From positions 33,473 to 57,472 of the forward strand of contig CAYYGV010000007.1 in the NCBI GenBank assembly GCA_964471615.1: a DNA stretch of 24,000 nucleotides, in the 5' to 3' direction. A program made the translations under genes and the position numbers. The notes beneath the pieces were generated by a model. The model did no database searches, was not told where the DNA came from, and worked only from the letters and a program-made list of their open reading frames with translations. Shown here piece by piece: positions 16,775-24,000 of the stretch. The number at the start of each line of letters is the position of its first letter. Positions within the stretch are counted from its first letter, which is position 1. The DNA comes from an uncultured Opitutaceae bacterium (lineage in GTDB: Bacteria > Verrucomicrobiota > Verrucomicrobiia > Opitutales > Opitutaceae).

Positions 16775-16860
16775 GATGAAAGTCGGTCAGGCGGTTTGTT
16801 TCGGCTGCGTAGCCGGTCAGGGCGTAAAATGACGGTCGAGTTGATTGCGGTAGCGGACGG

Positions 16861-17229
16861 TTATTGCCCGCTGCTTGCCGTGGGCGAAACCTCGACGACA
16901 CAGTTGCACCAGCCCCAGGGGTTCGGTTTGTAAGCGCAGGCGTGGGGATCGTCGCTCCAGACGCCATCAGCGATGAAGCGGTATTCGTGGTGCCCGGGAG
17001 CGAGAGGCAAACGTAAGCGCCAGTTTCCCTCGGCATCGCGCTGCATGAGCAGGCTCTCGGGATTCCAATCGTTGAAACTGCCGGCGAGAAAGACCTGCCG
17101 GGCGTTGGGAGCGTGATAACAGAATTCGGTTTCCGGAGGCGGACCTCCTTCGGCTGGAGCGGGCTTGGCCTTGCGCGGCCGGTGGCGGTGAGAGCGCGCC
17201 GCACCGGCGGGCGCAAGTTGGTCGTTCAT
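16861..17229 (-). CDS. Stand-alone isoamylase-N/CBM48-like (glycogen-binding) domain protein
   Basis: ETEFCYHAPNARQVFLAGSFNDWNPESLLMQRDAEGNWRLRLPLAPGHHEYRFIADGVWSDDPHACAYKPNPWGWCNCVVEV. Confidence 0.85.
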   Translation of the reverse strand: MNDQLAPAGAARSHRHRPRKAKPAPAEGGPPPETEFCYHAPNARQVFLAGSFNDWNPESLLMQRDAEGNWRLRLPLAPGHHEYRFIADGVWSDDPHACAYKPNPWGWCNCVVEVSPTASSGQ

Positions 17230-17272
17230 GCCATTGAGACGGCGACACGCGGCATCTATTCCCGGCGGATTA

Positions 17273-17821
17273 TCAGCCGGCTGAAGCGCCGGCCGGTTTT
17301 CCGGATGGCGATCGGCCGATTTCCTGGAGGTGCGCGCCGGATTTGGAGGCCGCCGCCAGCTCGCGTTTGACCGCGGAGGTGACGTTGGCCATGCAACAGG
17401 AGCCTTGCGGATTGCGAATTTCGCAGGCGCAGCGATCCGCCTTCATTTCGGCCGCGATGCGCTGCGGGATCGTGCAACCGCCGGTAGCCGCGATTTCCTC
17501 CCGCACCATCGCCGTGTCGAAGCCGAAGCAATAACACAACCGGGGATTGGCGTGGTTCTTCACCGTCGGCACCTGTCGCACGTCGTCCAAGGTCAGGGTC
17601 TTGCCGGCCGCGTTGAAATAAACCACCGGGCATTCGGGTGAGCGGCAGAAGGCAAACGGGCCGGACTCGACAGCCGTCAGGTGGGCCGGCTTCACCTGAT
17701 GCTTCAGAGTGAGCAGCGAGACGGTTTTGCCGGGCTGACTGCATCGCGGGCAAGGTGCGGGGGTCGAAGCGCGAGGCGGCACAGGAACGGTTGCGGGAGA
17801 GGGAGAGCAACAATCAGACAT
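17273..17821 (-). CDS. Cys-rich Fe-S/copper-chaperone-like protein (CopZ-family N-terminal-like, BFD-like motifs)
   Basis: MSDCCSPSP...CPRCSQPGKTVSLLTLKHQVKP...FCRSPECPVVYF...LCYCFGFD...CTIPQRIAAEMKADRCACEIRNPQGSCCMANV, a strongly conserved-looking Cys arrangement. Start taken at MSDCC. Confidence 0.8.
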   Translation of the reverse strand: MSDCCSPSPATVPVPPRASTPAPCPRCSQPGKTVSLLTLKHQVKPAHLTAVESGPFAFCRSPECPVVYFNAAGKTLTLDDVRQVPTVKNHANPRLCYCFGFDTAMVREEIAATGGCTIPQRIAAEMKADRCACEIRNPQGSCCMANVTSAVKRELAAASKSGAHLQEIGRSPSGKPAGASAG

Positions 17822-17829
17822 CGTTGGGA

Positions 17830-18417
17830 TTAGTTGATGGTGGAGCGGTCGGCCGGGAAGCCGCTGGCGTCGATGAGCGCGAGCAGTTTCTCGCGGCTGG
17901 TAATCGACGGATCGTAAACCAGAACCGCTTCCTTGGAACCATAGTCCACTGCCGCCTGCTTCACGCCCGGGGCGTGGCGAAGGGAAGCCTCGATGCCCGC
18001 CGCGCACGGTGGGCAATCCATCGACGGGATGAGCACGGTGAGCCTGGCGTCACTGGCGGCGACCGTCGCCACGTTGATCCTGTGATTCGCGACAGGCAGC
18101 GACGGATAGATGGCCGCCGCGAGTGCCACCATCGTGCCCAGCCAGAGCCCGATGCGCGCGGCTTTGCCAGGCGGCCGGGCGCAGGAGCCGTCCTCGCAGC
18201 CCGCTTTCGGCCGGCGGTAGGTGAGAAACCAAGCCAGCCCGAGAAACACGAGCGTCGCGCCGAGCAGGACTGGCCGCCACGTGGCGAACCACGCCGACGC
18301 GGCGAAGCTGCCGAGCCCGAGGCTGAGCGACAGCAGAGGCCCGATGCAGCACACGGAGGCGGCAATGCCGGCGACGACACCGCCGGCGAGAGTCCAGGAG
18401 CAACCGGGCTTTTTCAT
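17830..18417 (-). CDS. MerTP-type mercuric transport protein (MerT membrane domain fused to HMA/MerP domain)
   Basis: GGVVAGIAASVCCIGPLLSLSLGLGSF (MerT CC motif), then a C-terminal HMA domain VLIPSMDCPPCAAGIEASLRHAPGVKQAAVDYGSKEAVLVYDPSITSREKLLALIDASGF. Confidence 0.88.
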   Translation of the reverse strand: MKKPGCSWTLAGGVVAGIAASVCCIGPLLSLSLGLGSFAASAWFATWRPVLLGATLVFLGLAWFLTYRRPKAGCEDGSCARPPGKAARIGLWLGTMVALAAAIYPSLPVANHRINVATVAASDARLTVLIPSMDCPPCAAGIEASLRHAPGVKQAAVDYGSKEAVLVYDPSITSREKLLALIDASGFPADRSTIN

Positions 18418-18430
18418 GGCGGGAGGCTAC

Positions 18431-18452
18431 ACCCTGTAGTATGGTATAAGGT
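18431..18452. promoter_or_regulatory. Candidate MerR-family operator in the divergent promoter (ACCCTGTAGTATGGTATAAGGT)
   Basis: Imperfect dyad ACC(C/T)T(G/A)TA.../...TATAAGGT between merTP (-) and merR (+). A minus-strand -35 TTGACC (reverse complement of 18450-18455) abuts it. Confidence 0.7.
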
Positions 18453-18465
18453 CAAGAAACCGCTC

Positions 18466-18858
18466 ATGACTATAGGAGAACTTGCCCGCCGCGCCGGAGT
18501 AAACGCGCAGACCGTCCGCTACTACGAGCGTGAGGGCCTGCTGCCCGAGCCTCATCGTTGGCCGGATTCGGGCTATCGCGATTTCGACGACGAGGCGGTC
18601 CAACGCCTGCGGTTCATCCGCTCCGCCAAAGACCTCGGGTTCACGCTCCGGGAGATCAAGGACCTGCTCGAAATGCGCGTCCTGCCGGGGGAGTCGTGCG
18701 CTGAGGTCCGCCATCTGATCGGTGCCAAGCTCGCCGATCTCGACCGGCGGGTGAAGGAAATGCGCCGGTTGCGCCGGGCGTTGGTCAAAATGGACGAGGC
18801 GTGCCGACGGCGCGCCGACCCCCGAAGCTGTCCAGCGCTGTGGGCGCTCGAACGGTAA
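18466..18858 (+). CDS. merR: MerR-family regulator, mercury-type
   Basis: MTIGELARRAGVNAQTVRYYEREGLLPEPHRWPDSGYRDFDDEAVQRLRFIRSAKDLGFTLREIKDLL. Three Cys in MerR-like contexts (GESCAEVR, DEAC and DPRSC, the last two 9 residues apart). Confidence 0.9.
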   Translation: MTIGELARRAGVNAQTVRYYEREGLLPEPHRWPDSGYRDFDDEAVQRLRFIRSAKDLGFTLREIKDLLEMRVLPGESCAEVRHLIGAKLADLDRRVKEMRRLRRALVKMDEACRRRADPRSCPALWALER

Positions 18859-19007
18859 TCGGGCCGGCGGGTGGACGTGGTATCGTTCTAGGTCGGCCGC
18901 AGGTAGATGGTCGCCGCGTCCGCAGTTCCTGGTCGATCCAGATGGCCGCGGACGAAGCGTAGCAAGAAACCGTGGAATATCTCAGCGCGCCCGGTGTCCC
19001 ATGACTG

Positions 19008-19163
19008 ATGGGATCACAACTCCAGACCTATGTCGCGCTGGCCATCGTCCTGCTGGCTGCGGTGGGGTTGATTCGCCGTTTTTGGGGCGGCGGAAAAAAG
19101 CCTGGATGTGGCGGCGGCTGTGGCTGTTCCGCCGACGAATTCAAGAAGAAGTTGAGAAGTTGA
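19008..19163 (+). CDS. 51-aa FeoB-associated-Cys-rich-like small membrane protein
   Basis: Read directly: MGSQLQTYVALAIVLLAAVGLIRRFWGGGKKPGCGGGCGCSADEFKKKLRS*. One TM, then a Cys-rich CGGGCGC patch and a basic tail. Too short for the supplied ORF track. Confidence 0.7.
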   Translation: MGSQLQTYVALAIVLLAAVGLIRRFWGGGKKPGCGGGCGCSADEFKKKLRS

Positions 19164-19168
19164 CCGCG

Positions 19169-19738
19169 TTAGCCCGCAGCCGGTGGCGGCGGGTGGCGCA
19201 GGATGTCGGCCAGCGCGCCGTATCCAGCCTCGGAAGCCAGCCGTTGCGACGAGATTTGATAGTAATCCGGCGAGGCGGAAATGCCCAGGCCATCGACAAT
19301 GCGGTTCATGCAATTGAACAGGGCGCAGATGACGACGGCATCGTGCAAGGCGCGTTCGTCCCAGCCGGCGGCGAAAACCTCGGCCGCGTCCGCCTCGGTC
19401 ATCCGGGCGGGCGATTCGGTCAATTTGCGCGCGTAACGGAATACCGGTTTCAGTTTCTCCGGCACCGGCGCGGCCGGAAGATTATCCAGCAGTTGCGAGA
19501 GGGTTGATTCCTCAACGCCGAACCGACGGGCCGTGGCCTGGTGGACGCCGGCGCAATAGCGACATGAATTCACGCCCGACACATAGGCGGCGAGCAGTTC
19601 GCGCTCGGCTACCGTGAAGGGCGAGTCTCCGCGCAGCAGTTGCTGATGAAATTCGATCAGCGGCGCGTAGAGCCGGGGATAATGCTGGAAAACCTCCAGC
19701 AGGCGCGCCGCGCCGGGCAGGTCTTTGCAGTAGGCCAT
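19169..19738 (-). CDS. Arsenosugar-biosynthesis-associated peroxidase-like (AhpD/CMD) protein
   Basis: YPRLYAPLIEFHQQLLRGDSPFTVAERELLAAYVSGVNSCRYCAGVHQATARRFGV...VFRYARKLTESPARMTEADAAEVFAAGWDERALHDAVVICALFNCMNRIVDGLG. Confidence 0.88.
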   Translation of the reverse strand: MAYCKDLPGAARLLEVFQHYPRLYAPLIEFHQQLLRGDSPFTVAERELLAAYVSGVNSCRYCAGVHQATARRFGVEESTLSQLLDNLPAAPVPEKLKPVFRYARKLTESPARMTEADAAEVFAAGWDERALHDAVVICALFNCMNRIVDGLGISASPDYYQISSQRLASEAGYGALADILRHPPPPAAG

Positions 19739-19782
19739 GCAAGCGTTTTGAGACGGACGTCGCGGGGTCGCAACCTTGGCGC

Positions 19783-20292
19783 TCAGAGCAGCGGTTTGAT
19801 GGCGCGCTCGAACTCCTCCTTCTCGGTGTAGCCAACATGCGTGGCGACGAGTCGTCCGTGACGATCGACGATGAACGTCGAGGGCACGGCCTCGATGCCG
19901 CCAAAGGCCCGGGCAACGGCCTCGTCGCCCATCACGACCGGGTAGTTCATGCCGAACCGCCGCATGAATTCCCTAACCGGTCCGGTGCCGCCCTGGTCCA
20001 GCGAAACCCCGACAACGACCAGACCCCGGTCGCCGTAGGCCTTCTGCAGTTCGACGAACCCGGGAATTTCCGCCCGGCAGGGTGGGCACCACGTGGCCCA
20101 GAAATCGAGGATCACCACTTTGCCGGCATACTGGCTGGACGAAACTGTCCGGCCATCCAGATCCTTCAGCTCCCAGGCAGGGGCCGGGCTGGCGGTCTGT
20201 GCCGGACTGTCGTTGGAAGGATTTGCGCGGGCGAAAAGGGCGATGGCGGCGATGGCCGCACCGGCAAGAAGGAATGAGGCGTATTTCCACAT
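19783..20292 (-). CDS. TlpA/ResA-like membrane-anchored thioredoxin
   Basis: MWKYASFLLAGAAIAAIALFA anchor; WELKDLDGRTVSSSQYAGKVVILDFWATWCPPCRAEIPGFVELQKAYGDRGLVVVGVSLD. The upstream extension of the ORF to 20976 is antisense to the glycosyltransferase and rejected. Confidence 0.92.
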   Translation of the reverse strand: MWKYASFLLAGAAIAAIALFARANPSNDSPAQTASPAPAWELKDLDGRTVSSSQYAGKVVILDFWATWCPPCRAEIPGFVELQKAYGDRGLVVVGVSLDQGGTGPVREFMRRFGMNYPVVMGDEAVARAFGGIEAVPSTFIVDRHGRLVATHVGYTEKEEFERAIKPLL

Positions 20293-20407
20293 AATGTGTT
20301 TCGACGGCGCTGGCGGGTTCTTATTCCCGGCGGGGAATTGAAGGTTGTGATATTCGAACGGGAATTTATACAGCCGATGGGCGTCACAACAAGACCCCAC
20401 CGATTGC

Positions 20408-21160
20408 ATGGCATCCGTTAACGACCGTTCCCATCCTCCTGTGACCTGTGTGTCCGTCATTGTGCCGACGTGGAACGAGGAACGGGGCCTGGCAGAGTGC
20501 CTGCGGTCGGTCGGGGCTGATCGACCCGGCGTGGAGGTGATTGTTGTCGATAGCGGCAGCACGGATCGCACTGCGGAAATCGCGGCTGGCTTTGGTGTGC
20601 GCCTGATCGCCTCTCCACTCAGGCAGCGTGCCGCGCAGCTCGACTTGGGGGTGCAGTCGGCTCGCGGCGAGGTTCTGCTTTTTCTGCATGCCGATACGTT
20701 GCTGCCCCGTGGCTGGGATGAGGCGCTTCGGCGGATGCTCGATGCCGATCCCGACACCCTTGGTGGCGCGTTTCGGCGGCGGTTCGACCATCCCTCCCTG
20801 TGGCTGCGCTGCACCTGCGCGCTGGCCGATTGGCGCGGCCGGATCTGGGGCTGTTTTCTTGGCGACCAGGCCATGTTCATCCGCACGGCGACGTTCTGGT
20901 CGCTGGGCGGTTTCCGGCCCCTCGATCGGTGCGAGGACCTCGACCTGTCGCTGCGGATGGCCCGGGCGGGGCGCACGCGAATGGTTGCCTCGCCGGTGGT
21001 GTCCTCCGGCCGGCGATTCCTGGCGCGCGGTCCATTTCGTCAGACCTGGGTGGATTTCGCGACCGCCTGGCGGTTTATCCGCCACCAGCCCGCCGCGGTA
21101 GTTCCCGTGGCGTCTCCTCCGGTTTCGGCGCCGCGCCACGAGTCCGCGCCCGTGGCGTGA
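20408..21160 (+). CDS. TIGR04283-type arsenosugar-associated family 2 glycosyltransferase
   Basis: VSVIVPTWNEERGLAECLRSV...VIVVDSGSTDRTAEIA...GEVLLFLHADTLLPRGWDEALRRML...GCFLGDQAMFIRTATFWSLGGFRPLDRCEDLDLSLRMARAG. Confidence 0.9.
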   Translation: MASVNDRSHPPVTCVSVIVPTWNEERGLAECLRSVGADRPGVEVIVVDSGSTDRTAEIAAGFGVRLIASPLRQRAAQLDLGVQSARGEVLLFLHADTLLPRGWDEALRRMLDADPDTLGGAFRRRFDHPSLWLRCTCALADWRGRIWGCFLGDQAMFIRTATFWSLGGFRPLDRCEDLDLSLRMARAGRTRMVASPVVSSGRRFLARGPFRQTWVDFATAWRFIRHQPAAVVPVASPPVSAPRHESAPVA

Positions 21161-21183
21161 CCCGACCAAGACCAAGCTCCCTT

Positions 21184-21954
21184 ATGATTGGCTACCTCGT
21201 TGGTTCAGGATTCTACGATCAACCCGGCTTCGCACCCTCGGAGGTCGAGACCCGCCACGGTCGCGTTACGGTCTGGCGCGGTCAGGTCGGCGGACCGGTC
21301 GCGCTTATCTCCCGGCATGGCGCGGGACACGCGCGTCTTTCCCACCAGGTCAACCACCGGGCGAATCTGCTTGCGTTGAAACAGCTGGGGGCGAGCGCCG
21401 TGGTCTCGTGTTCCGTCTGCGGTGTCGTTCGGAACGATTGGCCCATCGGCGGACCATTGCTGGCGTCGGAAATGTATTTTCCGTCCAACCGGCTGCCCGG
21501 CGGCGAACTCTGCACCGTATTTGACCAGCCCGGCGAAACGGGCCGGGGCCATCTGATCGCCGGCTCCTTGATCGATGGCGCTCTGAGTGCCGCAATCGAG
21601 CAGGTCTGGCGCCGTCAGGGCTTGGCTCCGCAGATCGGCACCTACGGGCATGTGGACGGACCGCGTCTCAACACCAAATCGGAAATCAAGGCCCTGCGCG
21701 CCGCCGGCGTCGACTTCATCTCCCAAACCTGCGGTCCGGAGGCGGTCCTGGCCAACGAGCTGGAACTGCCCTACGCGCTCGCGGCTTTTGGCGTCGATCA
21801 TGCCAACGGCGTGGTGACGCCGCCGACTCCGTCGGAAGTGCTCAAAAACAATCTGACCGCCGCCACGCAGGCCTTTAGATCGTTGATCGAAGCGCTGGCC
21901 GAGCCGGCGGGAGGATTCCAGTTCGCCAATTTCGTCTACCGCTTCGGACCCTGA
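21184..21954 (+). CDS. Purine nucleoside phosphorylase/MTAP-like protein
   Basis: VALISRHGAGHARLSHQVNHRANLLALKQLGASAVVSCSVCGVV...TYGHVDGPRLNTKSEIKALRAAGVDFISQTCGPEAVLANELELPYALAAFGVDHANGV resembles PNP/MTAP phosphorylases. Extension upstream to 20800 overlaps the glycosyltransferase and is not used. Confidence 0.88.
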   Translation: MIGYLVGSGFYDQPGFAPSEVETRHGRVTVWRGQVGGPVALISRHGAGHARLSHQVNHRANLLALKQLGASAVVSCSVCGVVRNDWPIGGPLLASEMYFPSNRLPGGELCTVFDQPGETGRGHLIAGSLIDGALSAAIEQVWRRQGLAPQIGTYGHVDGPRLNTKSEIKALRAAGVDFISQTCGPEAVLANELELPYALAAFGVDHANGVVTPPTPSEVLKNNLTAATQAFRSLIEALAEPAGGFQFANFVYRFGP

Positions 21955-22113
21955 AGCCAGTTCCGGGGTTCGTTATTTGCGCCATTCGCATGAGTAGCGG
22001 GAAGAAATCGCGGCTTCGCCCGTCCAAACACCAATGCACAGGAAATTGCTCCACTCCAACCCAAGTTCTGCGGCCGCAAGTCAACTGCGCTCTTTTCCGG
22101 CAAGATTGATTTC

Positions 22114-22821
22114 ATGACACAGAGAGCAAACCCAGAGGCCCGGCCGGCATCGCCCCTGAAGTGGCTGCTCTATGCCGGCGTGGCGGCCGGCCTGATCGTC
22201 GCCGCCAGGCTTCTGCATGCGCAGGAGCTGCTCCAACAAGCTCTCGCCTGGGTGGCGCAGCTCGGGCCTTGGGGACCGGTCATTTTCGTCGCGCTCTATG
22301 TTGTCGCGACCGTGCTCTTCATCCCCGGATCGGTTCTGACTCTCGGCGCAGGCGCCGTCTTCGGTGTCGTGTGGGGTTCGGTCTACGTGTCCGTTGCCTC
22401 AACACTTGGCGCGACGTGTGCCTTTCTCGTCGGGCGGTATCTCGCACGCAACGCTGTTGCCCGAAAAATCGAGGGCAACGAACCCTTCGCCGCGATAGAC
22501 AGGGCCGTGGCAAACGAGGGCTGGAAGATCGTTGGCCTGACCCGGCTCTCGCCGGTCTTCCCCTTCACCTTGTTGAACTATGCGTTCGGCCTGACGAGGG
22601 TATCGCTTCGCGCCTACGTGCTCGCTTCGTGGATCGGCATGATGCCGGGCACGGTGATGTATGTCTATCTGGGGTCGCTGGCGAAAGCGGCATCGGGAGA
22701 ACGAATCCGCACTCCTGGCGAGTGGGCGCTCTATGTCGTCGGTCTCGTCGCCACCGTGGCCGTCACGGTGTTTGTCACGCGCATCGCGAAGCGGGCCTTG
22801 GCGGAAAAGATCACCTCCTGA
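22114..22821 (+). CDS. TVP38/TMEM64 (DedA-like) family membrane protein
   Basis: LGPWGPVIFVALYVVATVLFIPGSVLTLGAGAVFGVVWGSVYVSVASTLGATCAFLVGRYLAR...VGLTRLSPVFPFTLLNYAFGLTRVSLRAYVLASWIGMMPGTVMYVYLGSLA. Confidence 0.93.
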   Translation: MTQRANPEARPASPLKWLLYAGVAAGLIVAARLLHAQELLQQALAWVAQLGPWGPVIFVALYVVATVLFIPGSVLTLGAGAVFGVVWGSVYVSVASTLGATCAFLVGRYLARNAVARKIEGNEPFAAIDRAVANEGWKIVGLTRLSPVFPFTLLNYAFGLTRVSLRAYVLASWIGMMPGTVMYVYLGSLAKAASGERIRTPGEWALYVVGLVATVAVTVFVTRIAKRALAEKITS

Positions 22822-22844
22822 ACGCCTCTCGATTTCGATTCAAC

Positions 22845-24000
22845 ATGAGCAAGACAATCCAGCCCCCCGTCCTTCCATGGGACACCCACAACCAGGCGCT
22901 CGTCTCCAATGTGCAACCGCCGGAGTGGACCAACCCGACCCCCGCGGCGCGTTACAATCTGGTGGTGATTGGCGGCGGGACGGCCGGACTGGTCACTGCG
23001 GCCGGAGCGGCCGGTTTGGGCGCCAAGGTTGCGTTGGTGGAAAAGCATTTCTTGGGCGGCGACTGCCTCAATGTCGGCTGCGTGCCGTCCAAGGCGATCA
23101 TCCGCGCCGCGCGCGCGGCGGCCGGGGTTCGCGACAGTGCGGCGTTCGGGATGCGGGTTCCGGCCGGCACGACGGTGGATTTCGGCGCGGTCATGGAGCG
23201 GATGCGCCGGCTGCGGGCCGGCATCAGTCCGCATGATTCCGCCCGCCGCTTCAGCGAAATCGGCGTGGACGTGTTTTTGGGCGGCGGACGGTTCACCGGG
23301 TCGGATGCGGTCGAGGTGGGCGGCCAGACCCTGCGTTTCAGCAAGGCGGTCATCGCCACGGGCGCGCGGGCTTCCGCCCCGCCGATTCCGGGGCTCAAGG
23401 ACGTGCCTTTCCTAACCAACGAGACCTTGTTTTCGCTGACCGAGTTGCCGCGAAGGCTCGGCATCATCGGCGCCGGCCCGATCGGATGCGAAATGGTCCA
23501 GAGTTTCGCCCGCTTCGGTGCGGAGGTTTTTCTGGTCGAGGCGGAGCACGGCATTCTGCCGCGCGAAGACCGGGATGCGGCGGGGATCGTGCAGGAGGCC
23601 CTCGCCCGCGATGGGGTGAAACTGCTCTGCTGCGGCAAGGATCTCAAGCTCGCCAAAGACCCCAACGGCGTTCGTCTGCAAGTCGAGTCGCACGGCCGCG
23701 GTTACGACCTCGTGGTCGATCAGTTGCTGGTGGCCGTCGGTCGCGCGCCCAACATTGAAAACCTCGGACTGGAGGTCGTCGGGGTCGAATTTGACCGCAA
23801 GGGAGTCAAGGTGAACGACCGGCTGCAGACCGCCAACCCGCGCATCTTCGCCTGCGGCGACATCTGTTCGCCGTATCAGTTCACGCACGCCGCCGACTTC
23901 ATGGCGCGCATCGTGATCCAGAACGCGCTGTTCCTGGGGCGGGCGAAGGCCAGTGCCCTCACCATTCCTTGGGCGACCTACACCTCGCCGGAAATCGCCC
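22845..24000 (+). CDS. Mercuric-reductase-like pyridine nucleotide-disulfide (FAD) oxidoreductase, 3' partial at window edge
   Basis: Read directly: MSKTIQPPVLPWDTHNQALVSN...YNLVVIGGGTAGLVTAAGAAGLGAKVALVEKHFLGGDCLNVGCVPSKAIIRAAR...GIIGAGPIGCEMVQSF...ANPRIFACGDICSPYQFTHAADFMA. Runs off the right edge. Confidence 0.92.
   Translation, partial: MSKTIQPPVLPWDTHNQALVSNVQPPEWTNPTPAARYNLVVIGGGTAGLVTAAGAAGLGAKVALVEKHFLGGDCLNVGCVPSKAIIRAARAAAGVRDSAAFGMRVPAGTTVDFGAVMERMRRLRAGISPHDSARRFSEIGVDVFLGGGRFTGSDAVEVGGQTLRFSKAVIATGARASAPPIPGLKDVPFLTNETLFSLTELPRRLGIIGAGPIGCEMVQSFARFGAEVFLVEAEHGILPREDRDAAGIVQEALARDGVKLLCCGKDLKLAKDPNGVRLQVESHGRGYDLVVDQLLVAVGRAPNIENLGLEVVGVEFDRKGVKVNDRLQTANPRIFACGDICSPYQFTHAADFMARIVIQNALFLGRAKASALTIPWATYTSPEIA

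Noticed and set aside
17755-18465. N-terminal extension of the merR ORF (368 aa total)
   Set aside because: Antisense to MerTP; the conserved MerR N-terminus begins MTIGELARRAG at 18466.
18916-18957. Inverted repeat CGTCCGC...GCGGACG after merR as a terminator
   Set aside because: Long interior loop and no following T-run; weak evidence in GC-rich sequence.
19001-19507. 168-aa plus-strand ORF
   Set aside because: Runs antisense through the AhpD-like gene; the 51-aa ORF in another frame (19008-19163) is far more protein-like.
20293-20976. Upstream extension of the minus-strand thioredoxin ORF (397 aa total)
   Set aside because: Antisense to the TIGR04283-type glycosyltransferase, and the natural start with signal anchor (MWKYASF) is at 20292.
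20800-21183. N-terminal extension of the PNP-like ORF
   Set aside because: Overlaps the glycosyltransferase in another frame; ATG 21184 gives a canonical PNP/MTAP-like N-terminus (MIGYLVGSGFYD).
1-24000. CRISPR arrays, rRNA/tRNA genes, complete IS elements, phage genes or canonical defence systems
   Set aside because: No regularly spaced repeats, transposase/integrase motifs or defence signatures were seen by eye. tRNA absence was not tested by computation (tRNAscan-SE would decide).

Overview
This is a GC-rich bacterial window dominated by metal and metalloid functions. (1) At the left edge is the C-terminus of a Zn/Cd-type P-type ATPase, then a DUF302-like protein and a minus-strand sigma/anti-sigma pair with a small secreted protein. 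(2) A compact four-gene unit (3445-5958) follows, joined by ATGA start/stop overlaps: an ArsR-family repressor, a bacterial MtrA-like/DUF4346-like protein with an N-terminal Cys-cluster region, a small exported protein and a Cys-rich membrane protein. An 8-bp perfect inverted repeat overlaps the start of arsR. I consider this the best candidate for an under-described system. (3) Next is an extended arsenosugar-biosynthesis-type locus: ECF sigma, anti-sigma-like protein, ArsM, PiT permease, radical-SAM ArsS, DUF547, DUF2064-type glycosyltransferase, membrane protein and peroxiredoxin. It continues after a minus-strand block and a MerTP/MerR module with an AhpD/CMD-like protein, TlpA-like thioredoxin, TIGR04283-type glycosyltransferase, purine nucleoside phosphorylase/MTAP-like protein, TVP38/DedA protein and a MerA-like FAD oxidoreductase that runs off the right edge. 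Two small ORFs missing as such from the supplied track are also reported: a 51-aa Cys-rich membrane protein at 19008-19163 and a 28-aa Cys/His-rich candidate at 6884-6970. Assignments come from reading the protein sequences. No database search was run.
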